Shown in pieces: positions 26,520-35,104 of a stretch of DNA of 64,000 nt. Within the stretch, counting starts at the first letter, position 1. Every line of letters starts with the position of its first letter. The DNA comes from an uncultured delta proteobacterium (GTDB lineage: Bacteria; Myxococcota; Myxococcia; Myxococcales; Myxococcaceae). The stretch covers positions 3,168,001 through 3,232,000 of the forward strand of contig CAWCKH010000004.1 of NCBI GenBank assembly GCA_963796055.1, given 5' to 3'. A model generated the notes under the pieces. It did no database searches, was not told the DNA's origin, and saw only the letters and a list, made by a program, of their open reading frames with translations. Both the position numbers and the translations under genes were made by a program.

Positions 26520-27824
26520 CTAGACGCGGCTGATTCCGAGCGCGTCGGGGATGAGCTCCTCGGTCATCTTCCGGTGGCGCATCGGCTTGAGGACGAAGAG
26601 CGCCAGGATTGCGGCGAGGAAGTTCAGCACCGCGGAGATGATGAACACGCTGGACCAGCCCGAGCGCTGGGCGATGATGCTCCCCACCGGCACCAGCAGC
26701 GCGGCCGTACCCTTCGCCGTGTAGAGCATCCCGTAGATGGTGGTGCAGTACTTCCGGCCGTAGATGTCCGCGGTGGTGGCCGGGAACAGGCTGAAGATCT
26801 CGCCCCAGGCGAAGAACACCAGGCCGGTGAGGATCACGAAGAGGACCGGATTGGCGGCGAACTTCAGAAGCAACAGGATGCCCAGCCCCTCGACGAAGAA
26901 CGCGCCGAACATCGTGTTTTCTCGCCCCAGATGGTCCGACACCCACCCGAAGAAGGGCCGGGTGATGCCGTTCATGATCCGGTCGATCTTCAGGGCGAAG
27001 ATCAGCGCCGGCATCGTGAAGCCGAGCAGCGACACTGGCACGGTGGCGACCTTGTAGTCCTTGGCAATGGGTGCGAGCTGTGCCACCGCCATCAGCCCTC
27101 CGGTCGCCACCGCCACGAACATCACGTACATGACCCAGAACATCGGCGTCTTCAGCGACTCGCGCGGCGTGTAGTCACGTGCGGTCTGCTTGTTCTTCGG
27201 TTGGATGGTGATTGCCGGGACCTCGCCGGGGCGCGGCGCCCGGAGGAAGAGCGCACAGAGCATCACCACCGCGCCCTGCAGGATGCCGAACCGGAAGAAC
27301 GCCGCCTGGTATCCGCTGCTATGGATCAGGTTGGCGATGGGCTCCACGGTGAGTGCCGACCCCATCCCGAAGCCCGCCGCGGTCAGCCCGGCCGCCAGCC
27401 CGCGCTTGTCGGTGAACCACTTCAGCGAGTTCCCCACCGCGGTGCCGTACACCGCGCCCGCGCCCGTCCCGCCGATGATCGCCGCGGTGTAGAGGCCGGG
27501 GAGGGTGGTGACCATCGAGTTCAACACCCAGGCGATGCCGACCAGGAGCCCCCCGACGAGCAGCACGATGCGCGGACCGAAGCGGTCGATCAGGTACCCC
27601 TCGACCGGGACCAGCCAGGTCTCGGTCAGCACGAACAGGGTGAAGGCCACCTGGATCGCTGGCTTCCCCCAGTGAAAGGTCTGGTCGATCGGCCCGACGA
27701 ACAGCGTCCACCCGTACTGGAGGTTGGCGATCATCACCATGCTGAGGACGCCAAGGACCAGCTGGGCCCAGCGGATGGGGGGCGGGTGCACGACCGGGGA
27801 CGGTGCGGCGGACGGTTCGGCCAA
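26520..27824 (-). CDS. oxlT: Oxalate/formate antiporter (MFS, OFA family)
   Basis: MIANLQYGWTLF; NGITRPFFGWVSD and LYTAKG carry the Arg and Lys that match the oxalate-binding residues of OxlT; TTG start with RBS AGGAGG. Confidence 0.9.
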   Translation of the reverse strand: MAEPSAAPSPVVHPPPIRWAQLVLGVLSMVMIANLQYGWTLFVGPIDQTFHWGKPAIQVAFTLFVLTETWLVPVEGYLIDRFGPRIVLLVGGLLVGIAWVLNSMVTTLPGLYTAAIIGGTGAGAVYGTAVGNSLKWFTDKRGLAAGLTAAGFGMGSALTVEPIANLIHSSGYQAAFFRFGILQGAVVMLCALFLRAPRPGEVPAITIQPKNKQTARDYTPRESLKTPMFWVMYVMFVAVATGGLMAVAQLAPIAKDYKVATVPVSLLGFTMPALIFALKIDRIMNGITRPFFGWVSDHLGRENTMFGAFFVEGLGILLLLKFAANPVLFVILTGLVFFAWGEIFSLFPATTADIYGRKYCTTIYGMLYTAKGTAALLVPVGSIIAQRSGWSSVFIISAVLNFLAAILALFVLKPMRHRKMTEELIPDALGISRV

Positions 27825-28114
27825 GGGCGACCTCCTACCTACGCGCGATCTGCGAGCGGATCGTCGGATCTAGGACTTCGGATGATTTGGGTCCAGCACG
27901 GCGGAGCGTCGAGTGGCGTCGAGCCGCACCGGTCTACCGCGGGACACTCGACGGAGTGGCTCGCTGCGGAGCGCCGCAGGTCGAACGCCCGATCTGGCTG
28001 GGTCCGGCGAAACTACCGTATTGACTCGCGAACGGGCGTCTTCGAGAGTGCCCAGCCCCGCCGTGGGGCGGGCGGTACCTTCGAACTCGCTTTCTGTCGA
28101 CAGGAGGCACACAG

Positions 28115-28459
28115 GTGAACGGACACGACGACGAGACGATGCGCTTCAACCGTCGGCGGGCGCTCCAAATCCTCGGGGCAGGGCTCGGCGCGGCGAGCGG
28201 CGTGCTCGCGTTGGCCAGCACGGAGGCGCACGCGGAGGCCGCCCTCAACTGCAAGACCAAGATCCCGGTGGACCCGGCCGCGATGCAAGTCCGGCGCAAT
28301 CTCCAGTACAAGGAGAAGTCGGAACAGCCCGGGAAGAAGTGCTCCAACTGCGCCCAGTTCGAGGCGGGGAAGTACAAGGAGTGCGGCGGCTGCAAGCTCT
28401 TCGCCGGAGCGGTCAACCCCGAGGGCAGCTGCCTGAGCTGGGCGGCGAAGAAGACCTGA
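28115..28459 (+). CDS. High-potential iron-sulfur protein (HiPIP) with Tat signal
   Basis: NRRRAL twin-arginine leader, AHA cleavage site, Y...CSNCAQF...GCKLF...VNPEGSCLSW; RBS AGGAGG. Confidence 0.88.
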   Translation: MNGHDDETMRFNRRRALQILGAGLGAASGVLALASTEAHAEAALNCKTKIPVDPAAMQVRRNLQYKEKSEQPGKKCSNCAQFEAGKYKECGGCKLFAGAVNPEGSCLSWAAKKT

Positions 28460-28543
28460 GCCCACCCGCAGTCCATGTGTCGCCGGGCGCGCTCGGGCCG
28501 GGGTGCGGCCCGAGATGCCGGGACGGTCGGCGCTCCCCGCGAG

Positions 28544-29284
28544 CTACCGGCGCCGGTCGCCGAACAGCCGGAGCAGCGCCAGGAACAGGTTGATGAAGTC
28601 GAGGTAGAGGTTCAGCGCGCCGACGATGGTGATCGACGTCAGGCCGCCTCCCGCGTACTGCGCCCCGAGCGCCCGGAGCTTCTGCGTGTCGTAGGCCGTC
28701 AGGCCGGCGAAGACGATCACCGTGGCGCAGGACAGCGCAAAGCTGAACGCCGGGCTGCTCCAGAAGAACTGCACCAAGCTGGCCAGCACCACGCCGATCA
28801 GCCCCATGAAGAGGAACGTCCTCCAGGCGCTCAGGTCGCGCTTGGTGACCGTGCCGTACATGCTCAGGGCAAAGAAGGAACCGGCGGTGATGAGGAAGGC
28901 CGTTCCGATCGATCCCACGGAGTAAACGAAGAAGATGCCGCTGAGGGTCAGGCCGGTGAGGCCGGCGTAGACGAGGAACAGCAACGCTGCCACCGGTCCG
29001 CTGATCCTCTGGGCCATGAACGAGAGCCCGAGCACGACCAGGAACTGGACGATCACCAGCGGCCAGATGTTCCGGGCCACCGTCATCGCCAGCTGGACGT
29101 TGCTCGCGGTGTACAGCGCCACGCCGGCGGTGACCGCCAGGCCCAGCGTCATCCAGCGGTAGACGCCGGCCATGAAGCTCGCCGCTGTCGCGCCGCTGAG
29201 CTCGCGGGCCCGGCCGAAGCCGCCCGTCTCGCCGAGGTCGCGGCCATCGCGCGCCGCCCTGCGTGCATCGAATTCCCAGGCCAT
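28544..29284 (-). CDS. Bax inhibitor-1/YccA (YbhL-like) membrane protein
   Basis: FMAGVYRWM, YGTVTKRDLS, GLTAYDTQKL, GALNLYLDFINLF. Confidence 0.92.
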   Translation of the reverse strand: MAWEFDARRAARDGRDLGETGGFGRARELSGATAASFMAGVYRWMTLGLAVTAGVALYTASNVQLAMTVARNIWPLVIVQFLVVLGLSFMAQRISGPVAALLFLVYAGLTGLTLSGIFFVYSVGSIGTAFLITAGSFFALSMYGTVTKRDLSAWRTFLFMGLIGVVLASLVQFFWSSPAFSFALSCATVIVFAGLTAYDTQKLRALGAQYAGGGLTSITIVGALNLYLDFINLFLALLRLFGDRRR

Positions 29285-29380
29285 TTTCGCCTTCTCCTTG
29301 AGGGGCACCGCCCCTGGTGCGTCCTCTCATAACGCAGCGTGGGTCGGTGGCCAGCGTCGACCACAACAGCGGGAAACCGG

Positions 29381-30847
29381 TCAGGATTCCGCCTGGAGTG
29401 CACCCCGGAGCCGCGCCCAGACCCGCTCCTCCAGCAACGGGAGCACCCCGCCACCCCCCTGGATGTTGACGATGCGAGAGGCCGAGGCCCGCACAACGCC
29501 GCCCCACCGTGGCTCCGGGTCCACGCCCACCGAGGCGAAGGCCGAGTAGTCGACGAAGACCTCCGCCTCCACTGGGCCGGTGGGGGTGGCGAAGAGGTGC
29601 CGCTCGCGCGGGACGTCCACCACGGACTGGACGACGAACCCACCCCCCCGGGTGTCCAGCGCCGCGTGCCGGACCAGTTCCGACCAGGACAGGCGCTTGC
29701 CGAAGGCGGCCTCGGAGCGGGTCGCGAAGCCGGGCTCCTCGGCGGCCGGACCGACGAAGACCGCCTTCCCGCCGTAGTCCCAGGCGCGCTTCAGGACGAA
29801 CGACTCGGGGTGCGCGGCGACGTGGGCCACCAGGTCGCTCAGCGCCCTCCCGCCGGGACCGCGGACCGGCCCCGGCGCGAGTACCCGCGTCCAGGGCACC
29901 GCCTGGCGGATCGCCTCGAGCTCCTCGGGACCGAGCCCGGCCGCCCTGGCCAGGGCGGGCTCCTCCAGGGCGCGCGAGAGCAGGGCGAAGTTGCTCTTGG
30001 CCTCCACGTGCGCCGCCGGGCGGTTCAGGAGCAGCGAGCCGGGGGCGGCCTGGCCAGCGAAGAACGATTCCAGGAAGGGGCTCGCTGTCTCGCTGAGCCG
30101 ATGGACGAAGAGGTGGCGGTAGACGAAGTCGAAGGTCTTCCCCTGCGCGGTGAAGAGCGCGTCGCCGCTGGCCTCGTCCGGGTAGACGCGGTGGGTCTCG
30201 GTCCCCAGCTCGCCGAAGCGGCTCACCAGATGGTCCACCTCGGAGAGCTGGCTGTCCGCGCGCCGGCATAGCACCGCGATCCGTTCCGGGGGGCGGCGTC
30301 TTTCCTTGACGAAGGCGGCGAGCAACCCCTGGTACAGCGCCTCGACGTTGCTCCCGTTGTCCCGCTCCAGCGTCCGGATCGCCGCCCCCGCCAGCCCCAC
30401 GGCTTGACCGACGGCGTGGAGGAAAGCGCCAGCGGCCATGTCCGAGTAGCCCGGCATCGCCGGGATGGTGGCGTTTAGCTCCAGCGCCGCGGGACGCTTC
30501 GAGATCAGGAAGTCGATCCGGGCGATGGCCAGCTGCCGCGCGGCCGGTGCGGAGCGCTCGACCAGCCGGCGCTCCAGTGGGGAGAGCGCGCCCAGCAGCA
30601 GCTCACGCGAAGGGCCCTGCACCGTCGCCTGCGCCATCCGGAACCCGGCACGAGCGAGCGTGCAGGCCAGCACGTGGCGATCGGCGATGACCCGGGCGGG
30701 AAGCACCACCGGCGTCGCGCCCGGAGTGATGGCCTTCTGCGTCCCGTCCGGGGCGGTGGTGACCAGGCCGCGGGCGAACGCCTCCCGGGCGAGCGCCGTC
30801 GCATAGGCGCCGGCGAGCGGGCGGAGGTCCTGGAAAGGATCTTTCAC
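29381..30847 (-). CDS. Circularly permuted ATP-grasp / glutathione-synthetase-like ligase, substrate unknown
   Basis: ARIDF..ALELNA in the N-terminal half; FVLKRAWDYGGKAVFVG, VVQ and IVNIQGGGG in the C-terminal half; start set at GTG 30847. Confidence 0.7.
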   Translation of the reverse strand: MKDPFQDLRPLAGAYATALAREAFARGLVTTAPDGTQKAITPGATPVVLPARVIADRHVLACTLARAGFRMAQATVQGPSRELLLGALSPLERRLVERSAPAARQLAIARIDFLISKRPAALELNATIPAMPGYSDMAAGAFLHAVGQAVGLAGAAIRTLERDNGSNVEALYQGLLAAFVKERRRPPERIAVLCRRADSQLSEVDHLVSRFGELGTETHRVYPDEASGDALFTAQGKTFDFVYRHLFVHRLSETASPFLESFFAGQAAPGSLLLNRPAAHVEAKSNFALLSRALEEPALARAAGLGPEELEAIRQAVPWTRVLAPGPVRGPGGRALSDLVAHVAAHPESFVLKRAWDYGGKAVFVGPAAEEPGFATRSEAAFGKRLSWSELVRHAALDTRGGGFVVQSVVDVPRERHLFATPTGPVEAEVFVDYSAFASVGVDPEPRWGGVVRASASRIVNIQGGGGVLPLLEERVWARLRGALQAES

Positions 30848-30914
30848 GGGAGATAAACGACAGCCCGCAGTCCTACGACGGCCTGCGCTCCGGCGCCAGG
30901 CGGGAGACGAACGC

Positions 30915-32567
30915 ATGGGGATGGTGACCGGCGGGCAGCTGGTGGCGCGCATGCTCAAGGAGGAGCGGGTCCGTCACGTCTTCACTCTCTCGGGACTGCA
31001 CGTCGCTCCGATCTACGCCGGCCTGGTGGAGGAGGGCATCGAGGTGGTCGACACCCGGCACGAGCAGGCCGCGGCCCACGCCGCCGACGCTTACGCCCGC
31101 ATCACCCGTGGGGTGGGGGTGGCGGTGGTCACCGCCGGCCCGGGGGTCACCGACGCGCTGACCGGCGTCGCCAACGCCAACGCGGCCAACTCGCCGCTCG
31201 TCCTCCTCGGGGGCGCCGCGCCGCTCTTCAACCAGAGCCGCGGCAGTCTTCAAGAAATGGAGCAGGTCGACCTGTTCCACCGGATCTCCAAGTGGTCCGA
31301 CCGGGTCCCCTCGCCCGACCTGGTCCCGCTCTACATGGCGAAGGCCTTCCGGGTGGCGCTGAGTGGGCGGCCCGGGCCGGTGTTCCTCGAGCTGGCCTGG
31401 GACGTGCTGTGCAACGGTGTCGACGAGGGCGCCTTGCAGATTCCCCGCCTCTACCGGACCCGCGCCAGGCTGGCTCCGGACCCGGCCGGGGTGGACGAGG
31501 CGCTGGTGCTGCTCGCCGCCGCCGAGCGTCCGGCGATGATCGCCGGCTCCAGCATCTGGTGGGACGACGCGACCGACGCGCTCCGGGCCTTCGTGGAGCG
31601 CGCCCAGATCCCCACCTACCTCAACGGCGCCGGCCGGGGCTGCCTGCCGCCCGACCACCCGATGTTCTTCCAGCACACCCGCAAGGAGGCCCTCACCGGG
31701 GCGGACGTGGTGTTCGTGATCGGGACGCCGTTCGACTTCCGCCTCAACTACGGGGCCGAGCCCACCTTCAGCTCCGCCTCGAAGATCGTCCAGGTGGACA
31801 TCGATGCGACCGAGGTGGGCCGGAACCGTCCGGTGGACGTGGGGATCGTGGCCGACAGCCGCTCGGCGCTGGCGAGCTTCGCCGACGGAGCGAAGAAGGC
31901 GGCGCGCACCGCGTACATCCAGGAGCTGCGGGCCGCCGAGCAGAAGAAGCTTGCGGCGATGGAGGAGTGGACGCGGAGCGACGCCGTACCCATCCACCAC
32001 TACCGGCTGGCGAAGGAGCTGTCGACCGTCGCCAACGCCGGCGACCGCGACCCGATGTTCATCGCCGACGGCGGGAACTGGGTGGCGCTGGCGGCGAAGG
32101 TGCTCACGCTCAAGGCGCCGGGCCGCTGGCTCGACCCCGGCCCGCTCGGCTGCCTTGGCGTGGGAGCGCCCTTCGCCATCGCGGCCAAGCTGCTCCACCC
32201 CGAGCGGCAGGTTTGGGTGGTGCAGGGCGATGGATCGTTCGGGCTCAACGGCATGGACTTCGAGACCGCAGTCCGCTTCAAGCTCCCGATGATCTGCGTG
32301 GTGGGCAACGACGCCGCCTGGGGGCAGATCCGCCTGCCGCAGGTCGGGATGTTCGGACCGGAGAAGTCGCCGGCCACCTTGCTCGCGCCCACCCGGTACG
32401 ACGAGGTCGTCAAGGCGTTCGGCGGCTGGGGGGAGCTGGTCACCGAGCCCGCGCAGATCCGCCCGGCGCTGGAGCGGGCGCTCGCCGCCGGCACCGTGGC
32501 CTGCGTGAACGTGATGCTCGATCCACAGGCCCCCGCCACCTCGGGGGCGATGGGGTACGCGGTATGA
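30915..32567 (+). CDS. Thiamine diphosphate-dependent enzyme (acetolactate synthase-like / 2-hydroxyacyl-CoA lyase-like)
   Basis: RHEQAAAHAAD, TAGPG, LDPGPLGCLGVG, GDGSFG...GND ThDP motif. Confidence 0.9.
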   Translation: MGMVTGGQLVARMLKEERVRHVFTLSGLHVAPIYAGLVEEGIEVVDTRHEQAAAHAADAYARITRGVGVAVVTAGPGVTDALTGVANANAANSPLVLLGGAAPLFNQSRGSLQEMEQVDLFHRISKWSDRVPSPDLVPLYMAKAFRVALSGRPGPVFLELAWDVLCNGVDEGALQIPRLYRTRARLAPDPAGVDEALVLLAAAERPAMIAGSSIWWDDATDALRAFVERAQIPTYLNGAGRGCLPPDHPMFFQHTRKEALTGADVVFVIGTPFDFRLNYGAEPTFSSASKIVQVDIDATEVGRNRPVDVGIVADSRSALASFADGAKKAARTAYIQELRAAEQKKLAAMEEWTRSDAVPIHHYRLAKELSTVANAGDRDPMFIADGGNWVALAAKVLTLKAPGRWLDPGPLGCLGVGAPFAIAAKLLHPERQVWVVQGDGSFGLNGMDFETAVRFKLPMICVVGNDAAWGQIRLPQVGMFGPEKSPATLLAPTRYDEVVKAFGGWGELVTEPAQIRPALERALAAGTVACVNVMLDPQAPATSGAMGYAV

Positions 32568-33112
32568 AGCCGCAGCAGCTGAAGCGCGAGGACACCGCGC
32601 TCCTGGTGGTGGATGTCCAGGAGCGGCTGGCCGCGGCGATGGAGCCGGAGGCGGTGGCGCGGATGCTCGCCCGCCTCGGGGCCCTCATCGAGGGTGCGCG
32701 GGTGCTCGGGCTGCCGATCGCCGTCACCGAGCAGTACCCGAAGGGGCTCGGGCACACGGTGCCCACCATTCGCCAGCGGCTGGGGGACGTCCCGATCGTG
32801 GAGAAGCTCCGATTCTCGGCGCTGGACGACAAAGTCCGGGCGCGCCTCTCCGGGCGGCGGCACGTGGTGGTTGCCGGGATGGAGACGCACGTCTGCGTGT
32901 ACCAGACCGTCCGGGACCTGGTGCTCGAGGGAAGGCACCCCACGGTGTGCATGGACGCGGTGCTGAGTCGGACCTCGGTGGACCGCGACGCCGGGCTGGA
33001 GCTGGCGCGCGCGGCCGGGGCGACGCTCTCCTCGGTCGAGGCAGTGCTGTTCGATCTCCTCGGGGTCGCCGACACGCCGGAGTTCAAGCGCATCTCGGCC
33101 GCGGTGAAGTGA
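32564..33112 (+). CDS. Isochorismatase family hydrolase
   Basis: LLVVDVQERL, TEQYPKGLG.T, EKLRFSA, GMETHVCVYQT; ATGA overlap. Confidence 0.9.
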   Translation: MKPQQLKREDTALLVVDVQERLAAAMEPEAVARMLARLGALIEGARVLGLPIAVTEQYPKGLGHTVPTIRQRLGDVPIVEKLRFSALDDKVRARLSGRRHVVVAGMETHVCVYQTVRDLVLEGRHPTVCMDAVLSRTSVDRDAGLELARAAGATLSSVEAVLFDLLGVADTPEFKRISAAVK

Positions 33113-33171
33113 CGCGGGGAGGCTCGTTCCAAGGCGCGCAGCCCATGGGATGCTCTTCGACTCGACCCGGC

Positions 33172-33603
33172 TCAAGCGAGCCGGGTCAGGGCCGAACGCA
33201 TCTTCTCCGGGAGGTCCACCGGCCTGCGCGTCGTCCGGTCCACGAAGACGTGCACGAAGTGGCCCTGGGCGGCCGCGGCCTCCTCGCCAGCGCGAAAGAT
33301 GCCCACCTCGTAGCGGACGCTCGATCGGCCGAGCCTCGCAACCCTCAACCCCGCATCGAGCAGGTCGGGAAAGGCGAGCGAGGAGAGGTATCGGCACTGG
33401 GACTCGACGCAGAGCCCGATGACCGGACTCGACTCGATGTCCAGGCCGCCCTCGTTCACCAGGAACGCGTTCACCACCGTGTCGAAGTACGAGTAGTACA
33501 CGACGTTGTTGACGTGCCCGTAGACGTCGTTGTCCATCCAGCGCGTCGGGATGCGCCGGAAGTAGTGGTACGCCGTCCGCTGCTCGGGCTCGGGTCGGGA
33601 CAT
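33172..33603 (-). CDS. Acyl-CoA thioesterase (4HBT/YbgC hotdog family)
   Basis: [39 protein letters not shown]. Confidence 0.92.
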   Translation of the reverse strand: MSRPEPEQRTAYHYFRRIPTRWMDNDVYGHVNNVVYYSYFDTVVNAFLVNEGGLDIESSPVIGLCVESQCRYLSSLAFPDLLDAGLRVARLGRSSVRYEVGIFRAGEEAAAAQGHFVHVFVDRTTRRPVDLPEKMRSALTRLA

Positions 33604-33674
33604 GGGAGGTGCTGCGCCAGAGGAGACCTCATCCCCTGGTCGGCAGGGAAGTCCCCAGCATCACCGCTCGGGGG

Positions 33675-34607
33675 TCAGTGGGCGGCGAGCTGCGCGCGGC
33701 GCATCAGCCACGCGCCCGCGACGCACACCGCCCCGCCGAGGATCGACAGCAGGGCCACGTGCTCGCCCCGGATCAACCATCCGAGGACCAGGGCCACGCC
33801 GGGGATGAGGAAGGTGGTCGCCGAGGCCCGGGTGGCGCCCACCCGGCCCGCCGCCACCGCGAGCAGCACATAGGCCACGCCGGTCCCCAGCGCGCCGAGC
33901 GCCAGGACCGAGAGCAGCGGCCCGAGGGTCCAGTGCGCGCGCACGAGCTCCGGGACGCCGAGCGGCGCGGTCATCAGGAGGGCCCAGCCCTGCGCGCGCC
34001 AGATGACCGGGAGCGCTCCGCTGCGCTGCTGCAGCGGACGGGCCAGGTTGAGCGCGAAGCCGTAACAGCTCACACCGGCGAGCACGAGCAGCACGCCGTC
34101 GATGCTGCTCCCGCCCAGGCGAAGGCTCGGCCACGCCACCAGCACGGTGCCGGCGAGGCCCACCGCCAGGCCGACCAGCACGTCCCGGCCCGGCAGCCGG
34201 CGCGAGAGGCCCGCGGCGACGATGGCCACGAAGAGCGGGTTGGCCCCGTTCAGCATCCCGGTGAGCGCCGAGGAGACCCGCTGCTCGGCGAAGGGGAACA
34301 TGCTCAGCGGCAGCGCGAGCCAGATGAGCCCGAGCAGCACCACCTTTCCGCGGTCCTCGCGGGCGAGGGGCCCCCGCGCGCTGGGGACCAGCCCGAGGGT
34401 GACGAAGCCCACCAGGATGCGGGTGAAGGTCAGGCCATTGGGTGCGATCGACTCCAGTCCCTCGGCGATGAAGAGGAACGAGGCGCCCCAGATGAGACCG
34501 GGACCGAGGAGGAGAAGCCAGTCCGCGCCGTGAGGCCGGGTGGGTGGTTCGGCCGGGGCGGCCACCGGAGCCGGTGGAGCGGGGGAGACGTCGAGCGAGG
34601 CGCGCAT
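33675..34607 (-). CDS. DMT/EamA family transporter
   Basis: IWGASFLFI, about 10 TM segments, two EamA repeats. Confidence 0.9.
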   Translation of the reverse strand: MRASLDVSPAPPAPVAAPAEPPTRPHGADWLLLLGPGLIWGASFLFIAEGLESIAPNGLTFTRILVGFVTLGLVPSARGPLAREDRGKVVLLGLIWLALPLSMFPFAEQRVSSALTGMLNGANPLFVAIVAAGLSRRLPGRDVLVGLAVGLAGTVLVAWPSLRLGGSSIDGVLLVLAGVSCYGFALNLARPLQQRSGALPVIWRAQGWALLMTAPLGVPELVRAHWTLGPLLSVLALGALGTGVAYVLLAVAAGRVGATRASATTFLIPGVALVLGWLIRGEHVALLSILGGAVCVAGAWLMRRAQLAAH

Positions 34608-34616
34608 GGTGTCCGG

Positions 34617-35033
34617 TCAGGAGTGCTCGGTGTCCGGGCCCCGCGCGGCCAGGAGCAACGCGGCCGCCGAGGCGGAGAACACCGAGTAATCGAGCGGCGA
34701 TTTGATTCCCAGGGAGATTGCCATCGCCAGGCCGAACACGGCGAGCAGCGCCGCCGACGCCGCCGAGACCACCCGGGGCCAGACCCCGAGCACGAGTGCG
34801 AGGCCGAGCCCGAGCTCGGCGGCGGTGGCGGTCCAGGCCAGGAAGGGGATGGTGGCGCGGGGCATGAAGGCGTTCACCTCGGCGGTGTATTGCTCGAAGC
34901 GCTCGAAGCTGCCGTACCCCACGCCCTTGCCCCAGAGGCCGAACCGGCTGGCGATGCCGGAGAGAAAGGCGGCGCCGAGCGCCAGCCGGGCGTAGCGGGG
35001 GGCCGCCCGGGCGAGCCAGTCAGGAAGGTGCAT
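34617..35033 (-). CDS. DoxX-like membrane protein
   Basis: RLALGAAFLS.IA.RFGLWG, ELGLGLALVLG, KSPLDYSVF. Confidence 0.8.
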   Translation of the reverse strand: MHLPDWLARAAPRYARLALGAAFLSGIASRFGLWGKGVGYGSFERFEQYTAEVNAFMPRATIPFLAWTATAAELGLGLALVLGVWPRVVSAASAALLAVFGLAMAISLGIKSPLDYSVFSASAAALLLAARGPDTEHS

Positions 35034-35055
35034 GGTCAGAGAGGTATCGGCGGCC

Positions 35056-35099
35056 TGGACCAGCCGGAAACGCCCAATTAGGTTCCTTTGATTGGTCCA
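35056..35099. promoter_or_regulatory. Putative MocR-family operator between divergent genes
   Basis: Inverted repeat TGGACCA (35056-35062) / TGGTCCA (35093-35099) in an AT-richer 71-bp intergenic region. Confidence 0.55.
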
Positions 35100-35104
35100 C
35101 TTTC

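Noticed and set aside
24976..26946. Apparent long N-terminal extensions or fusions in the ORF track (also 31292..33112, 38151..40355, 44609..45679, 46584..48167, 49656..50939)
   Set aside because: The extensions overlap neighbouring genes in another frame and are low-complexity. Downstream starts with an RBS or stop-start overlap fit better.
30915..32567. Naming the ThDP enzyme oxc or ilvB
   Set aside because: The motifs support only the family. It is not in the oxalate operon and has no regulatory small subunit.
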